A stretch of DNA of 52,162 nt from Octopus bimaculoides (Eukaryota): NCBI RefSeq assembly GCF_001194135.2, contig NC_068982.1, forward strand, positions 77,271,589-77,323,750. The letters run 5' to 3'. Positions 46,101-52,162 of this stretch are shown one piece after another. Within the stretch, counting starts at the first letter, position 1. Each line of letters starts with the position of its first letter. Made by a program: the position numbers and the translations under genes. The notes beneath the pieces are model-generated. The model was not told the DNA's origin, ran no database searches, and worked only from the letters and a program-made list of their open reading frames with translations.

Positions 46101-49100
46101 GCTAAATATGTCCTTACTAGATAATTGCCTGATACTACCAGCTAAGGAGTAATGCTTTAAAATGGTTTTCATAACGACTTATGCATTCAATATGCTCGTA
46201 AAAATAAAATGCTCTTAAACATTTTGTCTTTACTATGATGATCACAATGTTTTGCTAATTTGAATATATTCTTAAGGCCCTCTGCCAATTTTATGTTAAA
46301 GAACAGCCGAATATTTTCAGAAGCTAGAGATGATGCCAGCCCCATTTAAAGTATATTTGTAGTAAGACAATTGACGTTTTATGTTTTTTGTAAACACTAT
46401 TAACTCATAACTTGGTATCAACATAATTTTTATTGTTGGGTGCAAGTAAGCGAGGATGAAATTTTGTGGAATTGTCGTAACTTGCCACGACAAACGATTT
46501 GACTTTAAAATTTGTGTGAACAACGAAACACCAATTTAGAATACTGGAATGAATACAGCAATCTGTAGACTTAATATATTTTGGGGTTGCTAAAACCAGC
46601 AACCCTATCGAGTTTGCTCTTCGGGAGAGTTCGCAGAGGAAAACCTAACGTCTATCATCGCCACCTCTTGCGTTGAAAGAATGCAGATTGCGGCATCATC
46701 TCCTCTCTCTGCAATTGGACAGACTTTCTCACCATCTCAACTCAATTGTACGAGAATCCAGAGGCCTTGAAGACGAGTTGATTGTGGGGATCGAACTCGC
46801 GATTTTTTTTTTCTCTTAGCGAATGCGTGGCCCGAGGTTTCCAACTCTTCTAAAGTCCTGTTGCAACCAACCAAAAGGCGACGGAGACAGGATTAGTACA
46901 TGTAAGTGTCTTCAGTGCCAACTGTACAGATTGGCGTTGAAAGCGTGAAGGTCGAATTAATGGCGAATCTGAGAAAAAACGAATTCAGCAGTGATTTTCA
47001 TGACGGAGTAACTCGATTTAGGCAAAGTACTGTTCTTTTCTAAGCATGGGAAAAAACGAAAAAAGCTGATCTAAACTAGCCTGTCTCCACATCTAGCTAG
47101 ACACAGGCACATCTTGTTAGGTATCCATTTTCTGTTACCCTAATAGATGTGATTATCTAGTAATGTCCACAGTCACTCAAGAAATCAGTTTGCCCTTTCG
47201 ATCCCAAGAGCATGATTGAGCTAAAGAACTGGAAATTTAATAGATGGTGACTCTACCCGTCGGACTAAGTGACAATATATTTACACTCGTTTTTTTTCCT
47301 CTTTTTTTAAAAATCAAATATTGGCTGCATTTTTGAACTAGATACATGTTCAGGGATTTGGAAATACAGAATTTGTGTTCATGCCTTTTCTAGAACATTA
47401 ACAAGATATAGAATTGGATGGTTTTACTCTCGATTTAAAACCAGCTTGTGGTTTCTGCTAGTGTGAAATGTGATAGACCTCAAAATGAAATGTGACGATG
47501 ATGCCCTTCTCAATATTTAGCGGCTTATAATGATGTGCAACAGTTGGAATTGTAATTTGGTCAGTCTAAGTTTGCCGCGAGCTTACACCTATCGGTCTGA
47601 ACTATGATAGCTTAACTTAAATATATCAGTTTGGTTACGCATTTTGTAAGAATAAAAATGACATCATTAGTCTGATAAAATGTTCATATTTTCTTTTTCG
47701 AGGCGGGGGAGGGGCAAACAATCTCTTGTTTCTTGTTACAGTTTCTCTTTTCAGTAACTCTTTCGTTTTATTTAATAATGCAATAACACTTGTGCTGAAC
47801 TAAATTTGATACGATGGCTGATTTCCACCCCACCCCCGTTCATTGTACAAACGTCAATCTCCATCACCCACCTCAACTGCAGATCTAATTTTATGAAACC
47901 GGCAAGTTTGTGGCGGCGGTGGCTGTGTAGCAAGTGAACAAATCTCTTAATGTCTTCATTTCTTTTCTTTCTCTCCCACTATCACTCTCTGAAGAATATT
48001 GTATGACAATGTTTTGTGGAGAGGGAGGGAGGGAAAGAGAACTAAGACGTCATACGTAACAGTTGTTCTGTAATAAATAATGATATAATGCCCACTGCAC
48101 ACTCGACGTTTCTTCAGACACATCTACACACATATCCATACCGAGAACTCCTATAACAGCTCTTTTCTTCGCTCTCTATCTTCTCGCTTTTTCTCAGTTT
48201 CTATACTAATGATATAACATGTCCATACTCACACCATACATTTCTTTAGACACATCTATGCAAGCATATGTATATGTATATATCCATGCCGGAAACACAT
48301 TTAACGTCTCTCTTCTTCCCTCTTCCTCTCCCTCTCATATACTCCATCTATGACTGTTGTATTAAATATAGTTAAAAGCATGTGACAAGAATAATGCGAA
48401 TCTTGTGACAAGCAAACGGTAATATTTCAAGGATGATCACATGAATGGTCCTCATTCAAAGTTTGTCTTTTATATCGTTGCATCATTCAGACTTATTTTT
48501 CCCCATTAAACGATAACAATCTTTTTTTTTTTTCTTAGGACACAAACTCAACTTTTTTTCTTACATAGTTCATCAAATCAAAATCTGTTTTGATATTAAA
48601 CCCAATCTTACTTCCACATAGTCTCTATCTCTACTTTGTTATAAAAAAAAAATATCTTCCTTTCTATGTTCTGAAAACTTTTGTAAGTCTAAATATTTGT
48701 AGCCAAGATTTTTCCTTCTCTAGAGTTCAAACCATATTAAATTTCAGTATTGTTAAAGTAAATCTTACTAAAACTTTTACCCTAACCTAAAAAAAAACAC
48801 TCATGGCGGAGGTAAAGAATACGTACACCACCCTAAACCTTAACTCTAAACACCTGAGTTAGCCCAGACTTTGCCTTTTATCACTCACCCAGACCATTCA
48901 ATAATTGTTAGTAATGGTAGTAGTAATGTTAATAATTAAGCTAGTATTTTTAAAAGATCCCCATGATGATATCAGTATCAATTGTTGCACTTGGGAGTGG
49001 ATGCACAACCACAGGACATCTCCTATAGTAATGGTAGTAGTTTTTGCTATCACCACTACTACAGCAACAACATTGAAATATTATTTAGTGATTATTCTAT

Positions 49101-49744
49101 GCTGGAATCTGCAAATATTTCAATTCAACGGTAGTCTTTTTAATTCTGTTAGTCTCAAGGAGATAATCTATAGAATGGTAACTCGTGAAGAGATTGCTGA
49201 GGTTTGCATTTTTGTTGAGGTGTACATCATCCTAAAATAGGGTCTGACAGGTTCGGGAACAAGTGCAAGTGCACTCCCTAAAATTCTGGGAGTGGGGCAA
49301 TGAAAACGTCTTGAGCATCACAGGTTGAACCTGGGTTTGCACTCCCTAAGGAAAATTCTGTTATATTATTGAGAGTTGGGGCTTGTGATTTCCCAAGGTC
49401 AAATTAATTTCACTTAAGGATTTACATCATAATTTAGTTTATAACTTGCAAGGAGCTTGCTTGTTATCTTGCTATTAGTATGTAAAATAATCCTTTATGT
49501 TGTATAGATTAAAATGGTATTGCCACAATATCATTGGCCACTTCTTAGAAAAGAGTTTTCATCACTTTTCAATGGGTCAAATGAAATTTGTTGTAGATTT
49601 CCAGTCACCAGATGCCCTTCTTGTTGCTAACCTACACCTATTTCCAAGCAAGTTAATATTTCTCCATGGTCAGATATATGCAGTTTCCCTCTGCTCAATT
49701 TCACTCTTAAGTTATAGGTTGATCTAGGGCTATAGAAAATGACA

Positions 49745-49825
49745 TTTACCCAAGACACCATGCAGTAGGATTGAACTTGGGATTTTAAAAATGTGAAGCA
49801 AACTTCTTAACCAGTCAGCCATATG
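49745..49825 (-). mobile_element. SINE family B head, degenerate
   Basis: CCCAAGACACCATGCAGTAGGATTGAAC..CTTCTTAACCA resembles the family B head. Confidence 0.55.
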
Positions 49826-50584
49826 AACCTACTCCAACAGAATAAACTTGTACTGAACTGGAGTTGAAAATTTTGATAGATTAGATTTAACAAACATTTG
49901 TAAAATGATTGTGTGCGCTTAAATTCAAACTTTACAAATTATGAGTACTAACTAGTGTTGTATCCTTTGCAAAGATGCATAGCTTTGCTTGTCCTCACTT
50001 TGTATGCCAAAGCTGCTTCCACTGTTACTTTTGTGGTTGACTATAGAAATAGCGAGTTGTATAAAAACTATTGCTGCCATGTTAGCATACAACAATAATA
50101 AATGCAACCCCTCCTTCCCAAAGAATTTGAGATCTGACTTTCTCAAATACATGAGTAATGCTGAAATAATGGTTTGGAAGAGTTATTTTTAAATGGGTCA
50201 AAATCAGTTTAGCCAACTTCTGTACCTCTAAAGTGGTCACTGAGCCAACAAGGGAGTTCATGAGGTTGGTTACCTGCTAGAAATAGATCCTCTATTTAAA
50301 TTCAGATGAATTTAAATTTATCTAACCCTAAAAGATAAGGTAGTCACAGTTAGTTTGGGGATAGGACAGTCTTTGATCATGGCTTTCATGGCCTCACATG
50401 AGGAATGGGTTGGGGCCTTTTGTCCCTACCAGAAATTTATGGACTCCATCTTGGCTTTCTGAACATCCAAGTTGATGAATCATACTCCTTCCTCTCCTGG
50501 TTCTGATGTAGCAAACATTTCCTCATGACCAGACATACTTTTGCAGAATTTGAAAATGAATGGCACAGCGTGTTAAACAGTAGC

Positions 50585-50730
50585 ACTCATTTACGACACT
50601 ATGGGCTTCTTTGTTTCCATCTACCAAATCCACGCGCAAGGATTTGGTCAGCCTGGGGATATTGCAGAAACACTTGCCCATCCATGTGACTGGGAAGTAA
50701 ACTTCTTAACCACACAACCATACCTACACC
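50585..50730 (-). mobile_element. SINE family B 5' half, degenerate, about 90 bp upstream of the splice acceptor
   Basis: GGGCTTCTTT..CTACCAAATCCAC..AAGG.TTTGGTCAGCC..CACTTGCCCA. Confidence 0.7.
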
Positions 50731-50817
50731 TAAAATAGATAAAACAACCCCTATGACTTCAGTATTTTCATAAATGTATTTAATGTTTTGTTTAAAGTAT
50801 TTTATTTGTATTTACAG

Positions 50818-51329
50818 ATGCACACATTCCAGGTATGAATAGCTACGGAGAATTTGATGATGTCCAGGATTTCCATCAATGCAAAAATCTTGAGAATCGA
50901 CTAGAACAACTCATCTATGTGGGTAGACAGCGTTACCTCAACTGCGAGTTACTAGTACCACGAGGTCTCCTCTTCCGAATTGCACAGGATGTACTGCGCA
51001 TGTCCCGCAGTGAACCGTGCGGAATTCGAGGCTGTATTATGTTTATCAGCATTGAACAGAAATCCTGCTGCCAGAAGATCAATAAATTAGTCTATGACCC
51101 TGACTGCACTCCGACCTTTGAACTTTACCTCACACTTCGAGAAGAAACCAAAGCTTGGGCGATCATGAAGAAATTTCTTTTCCAGTCAGTATCAGTGATA
51201 TTTGGGAACTCCACTAACGTTCTGCCGACATTCTTGTGTTCGGGTTTTCAGTTGGAGAAGAAGAAACTCTATCGACCCAACCCCAATCGAACAGATTCCA
51301 ATAATTCCAAATCGTCTCATGATCACTAA
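50818..51329 (+). CDS. DDIT4: DDIT4/REDD1-like protein (scylla/charybdis, RTP801 C-terminal domain), coding exon 2
   Basis: LLVPRGLLFRIAQDVLRMSRSEPCGIRGC..DPDCTPTFELYLTLR..GFQLEKKKLYR matches family hallmarks (EPCG.RG, PTF.L.L.L, GF...KKKLY); stop TAA at 51327-29. DDIT4 versus DDIT4L orthology cannot be resolved from sequence alone. Confidence 0.93.
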
Positions 51330-51429
51330 CGAGTTGTTATATATTCAGTTGTCACAAGAACTTTTCATCATAATTATTTATTGATTTATTATCATTATTA
51401 CTATTATTATAATTATTATTATTATAAGC

Positions 51430-51668
51430 AAGGCTGCAAGCTGGCAGAATTGTAAGTGCATCAAACAAAAAGCTTAGTGGCATTTCTTCCTGCTCTTTAT
51501 ATTCTGAGTTCAAATTCTGCTGAGGTTCACTTTACCTGTCACCCTTTCTGGGATGATAAAATAAGAACCAGTTGAGCACTGGGGTTGATGTGATCAACTA
51601 ATCCCCCTCCTGCTAAAAAACAAAAAAATTGTTGGCCTTATGCCAAAATTTCAAACCATTATTATTAT
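51430..51668 (+). mobile_element. SINE family A, full length, about 100 nt after the DDIT4-like stop codon
   Basis: AAGGCTGCAAGCTGGCAGAATTG head, TTCTGAGTTCAAATTCTGCTGAGG body, (ATT)n on both sides. Confidence 0.85.
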
Positions 51669-52162
51669 AAATTTTTTTTTTCACTTGGCTTCGTGTGGAG
51701 ACTGGTGTGTTTACCAATTTAATTCCAACTCTAATATACTCTCCATCCTGTAAAGTTGGATACCCACCTTTTCCTCACTCCACAACTGTTGCTATATTTA
51801 TTATTAACAAATTTTTTTTCATTTGTAATGGTTGAAAAATGAGGATTAAAAAAACAAACAAAAATAAGCAAAACAAAAAACATGTATTAAAAAAAAAGTT
51901 TCTGACCATTTCCGACTTTGAATGTCTGTTAGTATGCTTCTTTCTGCATGAAATATATTTGTTTTACTGATTCCAGTTTCAAAAGAAAACAAAAAAGTAT
52001 TAAATCATAAAAAGAAACATTTTAGATTTGTCTACTTCTAAATTTAGGCTGCTTGTAAAAAAAAAAAAACAGAAAAAAAAAATACAAAAATACAATTCAA
52101 AAAAGTTTTTCTCCAAATATCTCCCCTGCCCCTTTATTTAATAGCCCCTTTCCCCCCAGCCC

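Larger units (their letters stand above)
43150..50817 (+). other. DDIT4: Intron of DDIT4-like gene (7668 bp, GT-AG)
   Basis: Donor GTAAGT at 43150; T-rich tract TTTTATTTGTATTTACAG ending at 50817. Confidence 0.7.

Noticed and set aside
48105-48117. Minus-strand CTGAAGAAACGTC resembling a hammerhead core
   Set aside because: Stem II is absent and the two core halves overlap, so it cannot fold.
48370-48420. p53/p63-like half sites (CATG/CAAG) in the intron
   Set aside because: Multiple mismatches to RRRCWWGYYY and no proper tandem pair.

Overview
AT-rich, microsatellite-rich animal genomic DNA with about 16 N-gaps, most flanked by simple repeats. The SINE/LINE complement suggests a cephalopod, probably Octopus (inference). 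One host protein-coding gene is supported: a two-exon DDIT4/REDD1 (scylla/charybdis, RTP801 family) homologue on +. Exon 1 CDS is 42945-43149, a phase-1 intron spans 43150-50817, and exon 2 is 50818-51329, giving 238 aa. A candidate CCAAT/octamer/TATA promoter lies near 42.3 kb. The 42 kb upstream has no recognisable host exon and is packed with mobile DNA: LINE remnants (Tx1/L1-like, CR1/L2-like, RTE, R4/Dong, CRE), mariner, an internally deleted hAT, a pogo/Tigger-like MITE and several SINE families. Most notable non-coding signals: (1) two minimal type I hammerhead ribozyme motifs, at 9155-9200 (+) and 31245-31285 (-); the second has a compensatory U3-A8 core inside a 346-nt unit bounded by direct repeats (retrozyme/Penelope-like); (2) R4/Dong copies and an ORF-less element inserted into (TAA)n tails of SINEs, forming SINE trains; (3) an 80-bp-arm foldback; (4) an inverted pair of ATF4-C/EBP-type sites. 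Coordinates of degenerate repeats are approximate, and family names come from motif recall, not database searches.
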